Assembly: GCA_963796105.1 (NCBI GenBank)
Contig: CAWCKJ010000004.1
Location: 960,001-1,024,000, forward strand
DNA from: a candidate division FCPU426 bacterium
GTDB taxonomy: Bacteria > Oederibacteriota > Muellerivitia > Muellerivitales > Muellerivitaceae
Reading direction: 5' to 3'
Length of the DNA stretch: 64,000 nt
The position numbers were made by a program, and so were the translations under genes. Positions within the stretch are counted from its first letter, which is position 1; each line of letters begins with the position of its first letter. Under the pieces are notes generated by a model. It made no database searches. It saw only the letters and a program-made list of their open reading frames with translations, and was not told where the DNA came from. Positions 10,448 through 21,324 of this stretch are shown one piece after another.

Positions 10448-10550
10448 ACCACGGGTTTCTTCGAAACCACTGGGGCACAGCAAGGAAAAGATTTAAAAAT
10501 TCAAAGGATTTTAATTGTGTCTTTGTGAACTGCCGAAGGCAGTCTGTGGT
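10448..10550. repeat. Dispersed ACCAC-hairpin-ACACAG repeat (relatives at 34077-34109 and 37830-37864)
   Basis: ACCACRGGTTYY-nnn-RRAACCAC...CACAG found in three intergenic regions. Confidence 0.6.
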
Positions 10551-10800
10551 TAAAGCTTTTTTGTTGGAAGTTTTAAATAAAAAAAATGCCCAATTCTTGG
10601 AAGAGCGTGGAACCCTTGGGCGGTCCCTCGCCGTGAAGGTCCTATTCATCCCAAATGAAAAAGTGGAAGGAATAGCCGGGGAGCGGGGGACGCTTGAAAC
10701 CGCTTCCAAGGGGATTTTTTCCGTAAAAAGTTTCACCGTTCATAAAAACATTTTCATTCCGGCTCGTCCGCCGGTTTTAAAGAGCGATGGGGAGCCTGCC

Positions 10801-13800
10801 GTGACTGTTCGCGAAAGAATCATTCCTATTTTCCTTTCCCTGCTTCTGGGCCTATTCCTATGCGCCATTCCAACGGGGAACGCCTGGGCCCAGGCCGGTT
10901 CCTGCACGGTGGTCAGCGCCACTCTTACATGGGCCACGGATGACGAGGGTTATATTTTCGTGAACGGACAGTATCCCGTCAGCTGTTACTGGCAGAACTG
11001 CTGGGAGGGGGCCGATTGCGGCAATTCCGCCGTCAGCTGCCAGACCCCCATGACGATCTGCAATGGGGACTGCGCGGGCTTCTTCAACAACACCGGCGAC
11101 AACATACTCGCGGTTTACGGTTGGGCCTCGGACACGGGGTGGAACGGTTCCTCGTGGCTGTTGAGCCTGACTTTAGGGGGGGCCGGATGCACCATGACCA
11201 CCCAATACGTGGAGTCGGGAGGACCATGCGTGGTCGCGAAATACATTTTTAACGACACGAACGCCAGCGGCTATAACCTGCCAACCACCCTGCAGGGGGG
11301 AGGGTCCGGCGTTTACGCCGGCTGGCTCACGGCTGGTTTCAACGACAACGGATGGGTGGGACCCTATTCTGACCCCGTGACGGCTGATTGGGGTTACAAC
11401 TGGTTTCCCATTCCCAATCCGGCTTCGCCAGGTACGTATGTGCCTTGGACCTGGGGCGTTTACGGTTTTAACTACACCACGACCGCGGGGGACGGATACC
11501 TCTATCGAGAGCACTTTACCATCGGCACGAATTCTTGTTCCAACACGCCGGGCCCGACGGTGACTCCGATATTCACCTTGACGAAAACCAACACCCCGAA
11601 CCTGACCCTCACCGCCACGCCAACTTACACCTATACCTATACTAATAGCCCGACCCCGACCAGGACTCCCACGCCCACCAACACACCCACGATTACGCCC
11701 ACTCCCACCCCAACCAATACACCCACGAGGACGCCCACACCCACCCCGACTCCCACGCCCACCAACACTCCGACCAGGACGCCTACTCCGACCCCCACGA
11801 ATACACCGACCAATACGCCAACGCCCACGCCGACGAATACCCCGACACCCACTCCATCGCCAACCCCAACCAGGACGCCAACCCCAACACCCACCAATTC
11901 ACCGACCCCAACACCCACGAATACGCCGACCCGGACCCCAACACCCACCCCAACGAATACCCCGACTAATACCCCAACTCCCACGCCCACTCCTACACCT
12001 TCCCCGACACCCACCCGTACTCCCACACCGACTCCGACAAACACCCCCACCCCAACTCCAACCAACACCCCGACTAGAACCCCGACACCTACTCCCACGA
12101 ACACCCCGACCCCTACCCCCAGCAACACACCCACCCCTACGCCGACCAATACGCCCACACCAACTCCTACGAGGACCCCAACACTAACTCCCACCAACAC
12201 CCCGACACCATCGCCCACCCCAACCCCAACTAGGACTCCAACACCCACACCCACAACTACTCCCACGCCGACTCCCACTAACACACCTACCTCCACTCCG
12301 ACTGTAACGCCTACTCCCACTCCAACCAGGACCCCGACCCCAACACCAACGAATACTCCAACTCCCACTCCCACGAACACCCCGACTCCAACCCCCACTA
12401 CGACGCCAACACCGACCCCAACCAGGACTCCTACTCCCACGCCTACTAACACTCCGACACCCACTCCGACCACAACCCCGACCCCCACCCCCACGAATAC
12501 TCCCACACCGACCCCGACAAGAACGCCTACTCCGACACCGACAACCACTCCCACCCCGACTCCGACCAATACACCCACTCCGACACCTACTAACACGCCG
12601 ACTCCAACCCCGACCCGAACCCCGACGAATACTCCTACCCTGACACCCACCAATACACCCACAAATACGCCGACGCCCACACCCACGACAACTCCAACGC
12701 CTACCCCGACGAGAACTCCCACTCCCACGTCTACGAATACACCGACTCCAACACCGACAGCCACTCCGACACCCACTCCTACCAATACGCCCACAAGAAC
12801 ACCCACCTCCACTCCGACTCCCACGCCGACCACAACCCCTACTCCAACCCCGACCCCGACTCCCACCATTACCCCAACACCCACTAATAGCCCCACGGGA
12901 ACGCAGTCGCCAACGAACACGCCGACGATTACTCCGACCAAGACTCCGACTCCGACTCCCACCAACACTCCAACGATCACGCCCACGCCTACCAATACCC
13001 CCACAAGGACTCCGACTCCTACACCGACTAATACGCCTACTCCCACTCCAACAACGACCCCTACCCCAACACCCACTCCAACAACGACGCCTACTCCCAC
13101 ACCCACTAATACGCCCACCCCAACCCCCACGAGGACGCCCACTCCCACTCCAACGACCACCCCGACCCCTACACCCACCAATACCCCGACTCCTACTCCC
13201 ACGAATACTCCTACACTCACTCCTACAACTACCCCGAGCCCTACTCCAACGAGAACCCCGACGCCTACCCCTACGAATACTCCTACACCCACCCCCACGA
13301 CCACCCCGACACCTACTCCGACTAGGACACCGACACCCACTCCTACCTCCACGAATACCCCTACACCCACCACAACCCCGACTCCGACCCCCACCCACAC
13401 GCCAACCATCACACCAACTCCAACCAATACGCCTACAGGAACTCAGTCTCCCACGAATACTCCTACCATCACCCCGACCAAGACCCCGACGCCTACTCCT
13501 ACACCCACTCCGACTGTGACACCTACTCCAACGCCCACGAATACCCCAACGAACACGCCTACCAATACGCCGACGCCAACACCTACCACGACTCCCACGC
13601 CGACCCCAACGAATACACCCACAAGGACTCCGACGAATACCCCGACCCCTACTCCTACGACCACATCCACCCCTACGCCGACTTCTACACCTACTTCTTC
13701 CCCAACTAATACCCCGACACCCACCCCAACCACAACGCCGACACCTACTCCAACCAACACTCCTACGGTTACCCCCACTCCGACAAACACGCCGACGGGG

Positions 13801-15957
13801 ACGACATCTCCTACCAATACGCCCACGGTCACGCCCACGAATACGCCTTCCCCAACAGCTACCAGTACTCCAACTACAACGCCGACACCTACACCTACCG
13901 CTACACCCACCGCAACACCTACGAACACGTCGACCCATACACCCACCACCACCCCGACCCCTACTTACACATCTACTCCCACACAAACACCCACTCCTAC
14001 TCCAACCGATACCTCCACTGACACGCCTCTTTTCACCTTTACAAACACCAATACGCCCACAGACACATCAACCCCCACTAACACCAACACACCTACGAAC
14101 ACGCCGACTAATACTCCCACTCCAACACCCACTAATACCCCGACACCGACATTCACGGACACGCCGACATCCACGCCAACACCTACTCCAACCGATACCT
14201 CCACTGACACGCCTCTTTTCACCTATACAAACACCAATACCCCTACCGACACTTCCACCCCCACTAACACCAACACACCCACGAACACGCCGACTAATAC
14301 CCCCACTCCAACACCCACTAACACTCCCACCAACACCAACACTCCAACGGAGACTTCCACGCCCACGAATACCTATAGCCCCACTAACACGCCAACCAAT
14401 ACCCCGACCCCTACTCCCACCAATACCCTGACCAACACCAACACGCCCACTAATACCCCCACCGCTACCAACAGCTCTACTCCCACCAAGACTTATACGG
14501 CCACCAATACCCCCACCAATACCAACACCCCGACTAACACCAATACTCCTACCAATACGCCTACTCCTACTCCCACCAGGACGCCTACTAACACTTCCAC
14601 TCCCACGAATACGCTTACAGCCACGAATACACCCACTAATACCAATACCCTGACACCTACCCCCACGGCGACCTTCACTCCCACCCCCACGCCTGCCGCG
14701 GTATTGGCCTTGCAGAAACAGGAGTCGGAATCAACAGGTTCCTCGGGGGATATGGTGACCTATACCTTGAATGTGAATGTTTCTAACGCCAACGCTCCCG
14801 GGGTAGTGGTGCAGGACCAACTGCCTCCCAACTGCACTTTCACGGCCTTCGGGGTCTCACCAGCAGGAACATCGGCCGTAACCACCGTTTCAGGCGGGGT
14901 GACCATGATGAACTGGACATTGCCCACCCTTATCCCTGGAAGCTACCAATTGACTTATACAGTCTCGATTAACAGCTTCACGCCCGCGGGACCCATTGTG
15001 AACTGCGCGGTCTTAAACTATCCGGGAATCTCACCATTGAGTTCCTGTGCCACATTAATGGTGACAGGGAGCTACACGGTGAAGATCGGGGTGTATAACG
15101 AGGCGGGGGAACTGGTCAAGACCCTGTTGGTGACCCAATATTCCCAGCCCTTGGTGGACCTGCAGTTGAAGAACGGGGATCTGATTAATGGAATGAATGA
15201 CCCCATCCTGATATATGACCAGAACACCCAGATCACGGTGTGGAACGGGACGGACCAGAACGGGAACCCAGTGCCCAATGGTGATTATTACGTGAAAGTG
15301 GACAATGTCGATTCCTTCGGGGTGGATAAGAGCGTGGTATTGAACGTGGTGGTGAGCAGGTCGTTGGAGAAGGTGACGATCGACATTTACAACGAGGCTG
15401 GGGAGATCGTGGACACGCTCTACAGCGTGGTGGAGGACCCTCAAGGGACGGTGATTACGGGGGTGAAGCTGTCAGGGACGGTGTTGGAGCCGGGATCGCC
15501 GACAGACGGGAACCTGATTATTACGACAAATAACGGTGTCACAGCCATCTGGACAGGGTACGCTTCAAGCGGGGCGGTGGTACCCAACGGGAAATACTTC
15601 ATCGAGGTGCACTCCACCGATGGAAAAGGCGGGGAGACGGTGATCGTGACATCGGTGATGGTGCTGAACAACCCGAAACAGACGGTGCCGAAAGTGTGGG
15701 CTTATCCGAACCCCTTAACCGGTGGTTTCAGCCAGGTGGAGTTCCAAGGATTTGCGACAAACGTGAACCTGACGGTGAGGATTTACGACCTGTCGGGAGA
15801 GCTGGTGACGGAACTCAAAGGCGCCGGGGGAACGAGCCGGGTGACCTGGAACGCCGCGGGAATCGCCAGCGGGCTCTACATCGCCAAGGTGGAACAGAAG
15901 GACCTGACAGGGAAGATCATTGCCAAGCAGACAATCAAGGTTTTGGTGGGGCAATAA
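10801..15957 (+). CDS. Large secreted Thr/Pro-repeat protein: Cys-rich lectin-like N-domain, ~1000-aa TP stalk, DUF11-like domain, FlgD/T9SS-CTD-like domains
   Basis: GGGGAG RBS + GTG 10801, signal peptide ending [44 protein letters not shown]-track start 10411 is probably spurious. Confidence 0.85.
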   Translation: MTVRERIIPIFLSLLLGLFLCAIPTGNAWAQAGSCTVVSATLTWATDDEGYIFVNGQYPVSCYWQNCWEGADCGNSAVSCQTPMTICNGDCAGFFNNTGDNILAVYGWASDTGWNGSSWLLSLTLGGAGCTMTTQYVESGGPCVVAKYIFNDTNASGYNLPTTLQGGGSGVYAGWLTAGFNDNGWVGPYSDPVTADWGYNWFPIPNPASPGTYVPWTWGVYGFNYTTTAGDGYLYREHFTIGTNSCSNTPGPTVTPIFTLTKTNTPNLTLTATPTYTYTYTNSPTPTRTPTPTNTPTITPTPTPTNTPTRTPTPTPTPTPTNTPTRTPTPTPTNTPTNTPTPTPTNTPTPTPSPTPTRTPTPTPTNSPTPTPTNTPTRTPTPTPTNTPTNTPTPTPTPTPSPTPTRTPTPTPTNTPTPTPTNTPTRTPTPTPTNTPTPTPSNTPTPTPTNTPTPTPTRTPTLTPTNTPTPSPTPTPTRTPTPTPTTTPTPTPTNTPTSTPTVTPTPTPTRTPTPTPTNTPTPTPTNTPTPTPTTTPTPTPTRTPTPTPTNTPTPTPTTTPTPTPTNTPTPTPTRTPTPTPTTTPTPTPTNTPTPTPTNTPTPTPTRTPTNTPTLTPTNTPTNTPTPTPTTTPTPTPTRTPTPTSTNTPTPTPTATPTPTPTNTPTRTPTSTPTPTPTTTPTPTPTPTPTITPTPTNSPTGTQSPTNTPTITPTKTPTPTPTNTPTITPTPTNTPTRTPTPTPTNTPTPTPTTTPTPTPTPTTTPTPTPTNTPTPTPTRTPTPTPTTTPTPTPTNTPTPTPTNTPTLTPTTTPSPTPTRTPTPTPTNTPTPTPTTTPTPTPTRTPTPTPTSTNTPTPTTTPTPTPTHTPTITPTPTNTPTGTQSPTNTPTITPTKTPTPTPTPTPTVTPTPTPTNTPTNTPTNTPTPTPTTTPTPTPTNTPTRTPTNTPTPTPTTTSTPTPTSTPTSSPTNTPTPTPTTTPTPTPTNTPTVTPTPTNTPTGTTSPTNTPTVTPTNTPSPTATSTPTTTPTPTPTATPTATPTNTSTHTPTTTPTPTYTSTPTQTPTPTPTDTSTDTPLFTFTNTNTPTDTSTPTNTNTPTNTPTNTPTPTPTNTPTPTFTDTPTSTPTPTPTDTSTDTPLFTYTNTNTPTDTSTPTNTNTPTNTPTNTPTPTPTNTPTNTNTPTETSTPTNTYSPTNTPTNTPTPTPTNTLTNTNTPTNTPTATNSSTPTKTYTATNTPTNTNTPTNTNTPTNTPTPTPTRTPTNTSTPTNTLTATNTPTNTNTLTPTPTATFTPTPTPAAVLALQKQESESTGSSGDMVTYTLNVNVSNANAPGVVVQDQLPPNCTFTAFGVSPAGTSAVTTVSGGVTMMNWTLPTLIPGSYQLTYTVSINSFTPAGPIVNCAVLNYPGISPLSSCATLMVTGSYTVKIGVYNEAGELVKTLLVTQYSQPLVDLQLKNGDLINGMNDPILIYDQNTQITVWNGTDQNGNPVPNGDYYVKVDNVDSFGVDKSVVLNVVVSRSLEKVTIDIYNEAGEIVDTLYSVVEDPQGTVITGVKLSGTVLEPGSPTDGNLIITTNNGVTAIWTGYASSGAVVPNGKYFIEVHSTDGKGGETVIVTSVMVLNNPKQTVPKVWAYPNPLTGGFSQVEFQGFATNVNLTVRIYDLSGELVTELKGAGGTSRVTWNAAGIASGLYIAKVEQKDLTGKIIAKQTIKVLVGQ

Positions 15958-15973
15958 ACCTAAACCCTATTCT

Positions 15974-16045
15974 TCAATGGATGACGACTTCCTTATTTTG
16001 CGTTCCGCTTTTGTTCATCACCTCGATGTGGTACTTGCCTGGGCT
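15974..16045 (-). pseudogene. Possible orphan 3' fragment of a CTD-like gene (PGKYHIEVMNKSGTQNKEVVIH*)
   Basis: Resembles GKYFIEV and the terminal beta-strand of neighbouring CTD domains; upstream is non-coding repeat. Confidence 0.3.
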
Positions 16046-16275
16046 GTCGGAAAGGGAGGCCCCCTGTCGGAATAGGCGGTCTACCTGCCGGACGCCTTGC
16101 CGGAAAGGTCGGGCTCCTGTCGGCATAGGCCGGTAAGCCGAGATAACCCGTCGACAGTACCGTCGGCATAGGCCGGTAAGCTGAGATAACCCGTCGACAG
16201 TACCGTCGGAATGGGAGATAAACCGCCCACATTTCCGTCGACACCCGTCTTTAGGAGGGATATTCCGCCGGAAAC
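16044..16275. repeat. Phased GAGATAA(C/A)C / GTCGG motif array including a 43-bp tandem duplication
   Basis: GATAA/GATAT at 16142, 16185, 16227, 16259; gtcggcataggccggtaagc(c/t)gagataacccgtcgacagtacc x2. Confidence 0.7.
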
Positions 16276-16307
16276 CCAAGTTCAATAGGCCTTAACTGCC
16301 CCTATAG

Positions 16308-16432
16308 ATTAAGACTTTAGCTGAGTCTCTGAGTCCCTGTGCCGATTTTCATATAGAAATTAATGATATCGGTACGATACCAGCCACTTTTAAATCTAAA
16401 TGGAAGGCTGGCATGTGGTGGATATTGGTTTT
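16308..16432. repeat. Double-hairpin element, copy 1
   Basis: 123/125 identical to 18379-18503; inverted homologue of 25136-25240. Confidence 0.9.
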
Positions 16433-16569
16433 CCGCCCACATTCCTGCCTGCAGGTTTCGAGATTTGACGGTTTGGCATGGAACGCGCCCTACAAGTTGG
16501 ACAGTTGAAGCAAAAAATAGAGAATAGGGAAACGGCTCAAGGGGTAACCCCCCAAAGGAGCATTTCCAA

Positions 16570-16917
16570 ATGGGTAAAATAAGACGGAAGTTCAGTATTG
16601 ATTTCAAAGAACAAGTCGTCCACGAGGTAGAAACTGGCCTATCGCTCAATGAAGCTGCTCGTCAATACCAGCTCAATCCAAGCGTTATAACCCGTTGGCG
16701 CGATAAATATCGCCAAGGAACCTTGGTTGAAAAACCTTCCCTTCACGAAAAAATATTGGAAAAAGAGAATGAGAAACTCAAAGCCAAGATTGGGGAATTG
16801 ATCATGGCGATAGACCTTTTAAAAAAATTCCAAAAATACGCGGAAAACCAGAGAAAGCTCGATACCTCCGTGATCACCTCAAGGAATTTGGCTCAATTTC
16901 AAGAGGATGCCAAATGA
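16570..16917 (+). CDS. IS3 transposase OrfA (HTH)
   Basis: RRKFSIDFKEQVV..AARQYQL..ITRWR HTH plus coiled coil; A7 slippery run at 16821-16827. Confidence 0.9.
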   Translation: MGKIRRKFSIDFKEQVVHEVETGLSLNEAARQYQLNPSVITRWRDKYRQGTLVEKPSLHEKILEKENEKLKAKIGELIMAIDLLKKFQKYAENQRKLDTSVITSRNLAQFQEDAK

Positions 16918-17750
16918 TGGGGCTTCCTCGAAGTACCTATTATTCTGCACTTAAAAGTGAACCGGAGATTCAGGAACAAAGAGATTTGGACTTAAAGAAC
17001 CGAATCGAGCAGGTGAGATTGACCTTCCCCTACTACGGCTATCGGAGGCTCTACCACCACTTTTTACGGGAGGGATTAAGGATTAACGCCAAACGGATTC
17101 GGCGGGTGGTAAGGAAATACGGTCTTTACCCTATTATTTGGGGGAAAAGGTTCAAGATCCAAACCACCCAATCCAATCACGACCTGCCGGTGTTCCCCAA
17201 CCTCTTGGAAAGGGTGGCAGAAACTGCTGTCAATCAAGTGTGGGTGGCGGATATTACCTATATCCGAATCCTCACTTGCTTTGTTTATCTGGCGGCCATT
17301 CTGGATCGTTTTTCCAGAAAGGTGATCGGGTGGGCGGTTTCCAAGAGACTGGATCGGGAGTTGTCGCTTTCGGCTTTACGCATGGCTTTAGAGGAAAGGA
17401 ATCCTCTTCCGGGATGCATCCACCATTCAGACAGAGGGGTGCAATATGCCTGCTGGGATTACGTGGCCCTGCTTGAGTCCAAAGGATTAAGGATCAGCAT
17501 GTCCAGGACAGGCAACCCTTACGACAATGCAAATGCGGAATCCTTTTTCAAAACCTTGAAATATGAGGAGGTGCATCTATTCAATTACGAAACTTATCAG
17601 GAAGTGCTTCAAAGACTTCCATACTTCATCGAGGAGGTGTATAACAAAAAACGGTTGCATTCTTCTATCGGCTACATGCCGCCTGAGGAGTTCGAGGCTT
17701 TAAAGTCACTCAAACCAATCGCCGGAAAACCTATTCTCAACTTGGAGTAA
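16914..17750 (+). CDS. IS3 transposase OrfB (DDE); joined to OrfA by -1 frameshift
   Basis: WVADITY, HHSDRGVQY, DNANAESFFKTLKYE; -1 frame open from 16821. Confidence 0.92.
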   Translation: MMGLPRSTYYSALKSEPEIQEQRDLDLKNRIEQVRLTFPYYGYRRLYHHFLREGLRINAKRIRRVVRKYGLYPIIWGKRFKIQTTQSNHDLPVFPNLLERVAETAVNQVWVADITYIRILTCFVYLAAILDRFSRKVIGWAVSKRLDRELSLSALRMALEERNPLPGCIHHSDRGVQYACWDYVALLESKGLRISMSRTGNPYDNANAESFFKTLKYEEVHLFNYETYQEVLQRLPYFIEEVYNKKRLHSSIGYMPPEEFEALKSLKPIAGKPILNLE

Positions 17751-17779
17751 AAACTGTCCAAGGTTTGGGGCGCACACCA

Positions 17780-18070
17780 GCACAATCGCTTCGAAGTGGC
17801 ACAATCCCCGAAAAGTGGCACATTCGGCCAAGATGCCCCTATGCTGAGCCCACAAGGCGAAGCATGTGATTTGGGTGTGTTGGCGCCAAGATATTGGGCG
17901 CCAATAAGCCGGTGTCAGAAAAACTGTGGTTTTATTGGAGTTTTTTATCCGTTTTAATAACCGTTTTTGATTGTGCCAACCGATTGTGCCATTGTGCCAC
18001 TGGATTGTGCCAATTGTGCCACTCGGTTTTACCGGGTTTGGCACAATCGCCCCGAAGTGGCACAATCCGG
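17780..18070. repeat. Cluster of GGCACAAT / ATTGTGCCA motifs in both orientations
   Basis: About 10 copies; direct copies 19 bp apart; five inverted copies at 17970-18022; first copy split by IS3. Confidence 0.75.
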
Positions 18071-18330
18071 CTCCGGGAATACGAGGATAAACCGCCCACA
18101 TTTTCGCCGGTAAACCGAGATAACCTGGTGACAGGCTGAGATAACCTGGTGTCATTTTCGACGGTAACCCGGGATAACCTGGTGACAGTCCCGGTTGCAT
18201 GTGTAGGGAAGGGGATAACCCGGTAAACTAAATTGGCAAGAGGCCGGTTTTTCCGGCGACATGGGAGATAACCCGCCCACATTTCTACCAAAACCCGCCG
18301 CTCAGCCGAGATATTCCACCGGAAAACCAG
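18070..18330. repeat. Phased GAGATAACC motif array, homologous to 16044-16275
   Basis: GATAA/GATAT at 18086, 18119, 18140, 18173, 18214, 18267, 18310; shares atgggagataa(a/c)ccgcccacatttc with 16221. Confidence 0.7.
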
Positions 18331-18378
18331 CTCACTTGTTCGTTAACCTAATCTCATGGGGAGTTATTCTTCCAATAA

Positions 18379-18503
18379 ATTAAGATTTTAGCTGAGTCTC
18401 TGTGTCCCTGTGCCGATTTTCATATAGAAATTAATGATATCGGTACGATACCAGCCACTTTTAAATCTAAATGGAAGGCTGGCATGTGGTGGATATTGGT
18501 TTT
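18379..18503. repeat. Double-hairpin element, copy 2
   Basis: Direct repeat of 16308-16432 with 2 mismatches. Confidence 0.9.
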
Positions 18504-18599
18504 TCACGGGTATCCAACGCTATTCGCGGAGTTTATACTAGCTTTTTAAGGCCTAGGTGAACCCATCCAACCGCTTTGGCGGTCCGGGAGTCACAATCC

Positions 18600-20738
18600 A
18601 TGAACCAGCGTCATAAGCCAAAACAACAGCATAGGAAAAAGGCCATCCCCCGCCCAAAAACGGGAAAAAGCCCGAAAGCCCGCCGTCCCAAGCCTGGATA
18701 CCGTCCTCCCCAATCGCGGACTCCAGCGCGAAAGCATCCTGCCATCCGCCACCCGGAAAGCGAGGATGTTTACCGCTCGATCATCGATAACATGCAGGAC
18801 GGGTTCATCCGCACGGACATGGAAGGAAATATCATTCTGGCAAATTTCTCCGCCTTGAGCCTGTTGGGAGTTGATTCCTTGGAGGAAATCTGCCTGGCGG
18901 ATATGAGGAAAAACTTCTACGCGGACCCAGAGGACAAAAACCGGGTATGGAATGCATTGATGGACCATGGGATTTTCCGGAATTTCGAAACCACCCTCAA
19001 ACGGAAGGATGGAAGCCCTATGTTTGTATCCTCCACGGCCCGGGTCGTCCGTGACGGCAAGGGCAAACCCATCGGCATCGAGGGATTCTTCAGGGACATA
19101 TCGGAACGCAAGCGGCAGGAGGAGGAGACCGCCAAATCCGGGCAGTGGCTTCAAATGGTGCTGGACCATTTCCCGGGGCTGGTTTTCGTCAAGGACCGGA
19201 ATTCGGTGATACTGGGGTGCAACAAGTATTTCGCGGAGTCGGCTGGGAAATCAAACCCGTCGGAGGTCGTTGGCAGGACCGACTTCGAGATGGGTTGGCC
19301 GAAGGCTGAAACTGACCGTTTCCGGGCCGACGACCGCGAGGTGATGGAAAGCGGGAACCCGAAGCTGGGCATCATCGAGCCGCTGACCCGCCAGGACGGG
19401 CAGTTCGCCTGGCTGGAGACCAACAAGGTCCCCTTAAAGGACTCGAAGGGCCGGGTGGTCGGCATCCTCGGGACGGCGCACGACATCACCGAAAAGGTGA
19501 AGGCGCAGGAACTCCGCATCGCCAAGGAATCCGCCGAGGCCGCCACCAAGGCCAAGAGCCGCTTCCTGGCCCACATCTCCCACGAGATCCGGAACCCCAT
19601 GGTCGCCATTCTCGGTTATTCCCAGCTCCTGGATCGGGACACCTCCTTGACCCCCCAGCAAAAGGAATACCTGGGAATCGTCAACCAGGCGGGGGCGCGC
19701 CTTTTGGAACTCATCAACGACGTATTGGAAATGGCCAAGATTGAAACCGGGCGCTTGGAGTTGAAAAACCACCCATTCCATTTACTGAGTGTCATCAAGG
19801 AAGTCTCGGAACTGATGAGGGCCCGGACCTGGGAGAAGAAATTGGAATTCCGGACCGAGGCCGCCTCGGGCTTGCCCCGCCAAGTGACCGGCGACGAGGC
19901 CAAACTGCGGCAGATTTTCCTGAACCTCCTTTCCAACGCGGTCAAATTCACGGATAAGGGAAGGATCACCTGGCGGATCGGCACACGCCGCGAGCCTGGC
20001 GGAAGCAGCGGGAAGATCCGCCTGGTTTGCGAAGTGGAGGATACCGGCATCGGGATCACCCCCAAGGACCAGGAAAAATTGTTCCATACTTTCCAGCGGG
20101 GCGACTCGCCCGGCGCGGCAGGGAAGGAAGGGACGGGCCTGGGGCTTACCATCAGCCGCCATTTCGCCCGCCTGATGGGCGGGGACATCACCCTCAAGAG
20201 CGAGGCGGGAGCGGGCAGTTGTTTCAAGGCGGAGGTGGTCCTCGAGGAGAACGAGGATTTGGGCGCCGTGTCTAAACCCCGCGAGTCGTTTCCGGTGGTC
20301 CGGATCAGGGCCGGCCAGGGTCCTTACCGGGTCCTGGTGGCCGACGATAAGCCGGATAACCTGCTGTTGCTGAGGCTGATGCTGGAACGGGTCGGTTTCC
20401 AGGTCCGGGGAGCCTCCGACGGGAAAGAGGCGGTCGCGGTGTTCGGGGAATGGTCACCCCAGCTTGTTTTCATGGACCTGGGGATGCCGGTGATGGACGG
20501 TTTCGAGGCCGCCCGGCTCATCAAATCCCACCAGGCGGGAAACCAAACCGTGATCGTGGCCGTCAGCGCGAGCGTTTTCGAGGAGGAGCGCAACAAGCTG
20601 AAGGAATACGGCGTCGAGTGGTTTCTCCCAAAGCCGTTCCGGGAGGAGGAACTTTTCCAAATGATCGAAAAATGCCTGGGTGTCCAGTTTGAGTACGGCC
20701 CCGAAGACCCGGGCGGCCCCCCAAAAAGCGAGCCTTAA
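18600..20738 (+). CDS. PAS-PAS hybrid sensor histidine kinase / response regulator
   Basis: Two PAS/PAC domains, FLAHISHEIRNPM H-box, NLLSNAVKFT, DTGIGI, GTGLGL, receiver VFMDLGMPVMDG. Confidence 0.92.
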   Translation: MNQRHKPKQQHRKKAIPRPKTGKSPKARRPKPGYRPPQSRTPARKHPAIRHPESEDVYRSIIDNMQDGFIRTDMEGNIILANFSALSLLGVDSLEEICLADMRKNFYADPEDKNRVWNALMDHGIFRNFETTLKRKDGSPMFVSSTARVVRDGKGKPIGIEGFFRDISERKRQEEETAKSGQWLQMVLDHFPGLVFVKDRNSVILGCNKYFAESAGKSNPSEVVGRTDFEMGWPKAETDRFRADDREVMESGNPKLGIIEPLTRQDGQFAWLETNKVPLKDSKGRVVGILGTAHDITEKVKAQELRIAKESAEAATKAKSRFLAHISHEIRNPMVAILGYSQLLDRDTSLTPQQKEYLGIVNQAGARLLELINDVLEMAKIETGRLELKNHPFHLLSVIKEVSELMRARTWEKKLEFRTEAASGLPRQVTGDEAKLRQIFLNLLSNAVKFTDKGRITWRIGTRREPGGSSGKIRLVCEVEDTGIGITPKDQEKLFHTFQRGDSPGAAGKEGTGLGLTISRHFARLMGGDITLKSEAGAGSCFKAEVVLEENEDLGAVSKPRESFPVVRIRAGQGPYRVLVADDKPDNLLLLRLMLERVGFQVRGASDGKEAVAVFGEWSPQLVFMDLGMPVMDGFEAARLIKSHQAGNQTVIVAVSASVFEEERNKLKEYGVEWFLPKPFREEELFQMIEKCLGVQFEYGPEDPGGPPKSEP

Positions 20739-20823
20739 TCCGATAAGCGGGTTTTAATTCCTAATTTCTTATGCTGGCTTGCTTTCCGATCATCGGAAAT
20801 CCTCAACCATTCTCCGAATAAAA

Positions 20824-21324
20824 TTATATGGCTCTCTCTGAAATGCTTAATACTCTGTAAAATACCGGACAGATATGTATTTTTGTGCCTTCGGAAATTT
20901 CCGAGCTTCTTATTAAACTTTCAGAGCGAAATGACCAAGCAACTGAAGTGAGACTTGATATTTTTATCCCAATAAGTCCGACTTTATAAAAAACGCTCAA
21001 AATTTCAGAACGAAATTCAGCGGGTTTTATTTTTTCCTCAACAACTTCACGTGCTTTTCCATACAATAAATCACTTCGAGCTATATCATTCACTGCGATT
21101 TCCAAACACAAATCAAGGATTTGCTCATCTGTAATTTCCAAAGCAATAAAAAATGTTGAACGTCCTTTTAGAATTTTCGCCGCATAAAATAGCAGTTGCG
21201 GGTAATCACCGAACCATTCGTCCGCAAGAGAACGAAAACGCGATTCGGAATATTTTGCTTCTGCGATTCTTATCGATGCTACGCTAATTTCAGGATTACC
21301 TAAGGAAGCTTCAATACAATAATT
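20824..21324 (-). pseudogene. 3' part of the IS4-interrupted P-loop ATPase
   Basis: Resumes at NYC (the TSD) IEASLG.., ends KVGLIGIK..IHICPVFYRVL; AT-rich like the 5' part. Confidence 0.85.

Larger units (their letters stand above)
16479..17779 (+). mobile_element. IS3-family insertion sequence (1301 bp)
   Basis: TG...CA ends, IR TGGAACGCGCCCTACAAGTTGGACAGTT / TGGTGTGCGCCCCAAACCTTGGACAGTT, 3-bp TSD GCA (16476-78, 17780-82). Confidence 0.95.

Noticed and set aside
10411..10800. 130-aa N-terminal extension in the ORF track
   Set aside because: Crosses a dispersed repeat and promoter-like DNA; RBS, GTG and signal peptide are at 10801
16232..16441. Tn7-like end (TGTGGGCGG and TAAAGTCTTAA on the minus strand)
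   Set aside because: The motifs are not arranged as terminus plus TnsB sites; CCGCCCACA recurs four times inside the arrays; no tns genes or 5-bp TSD
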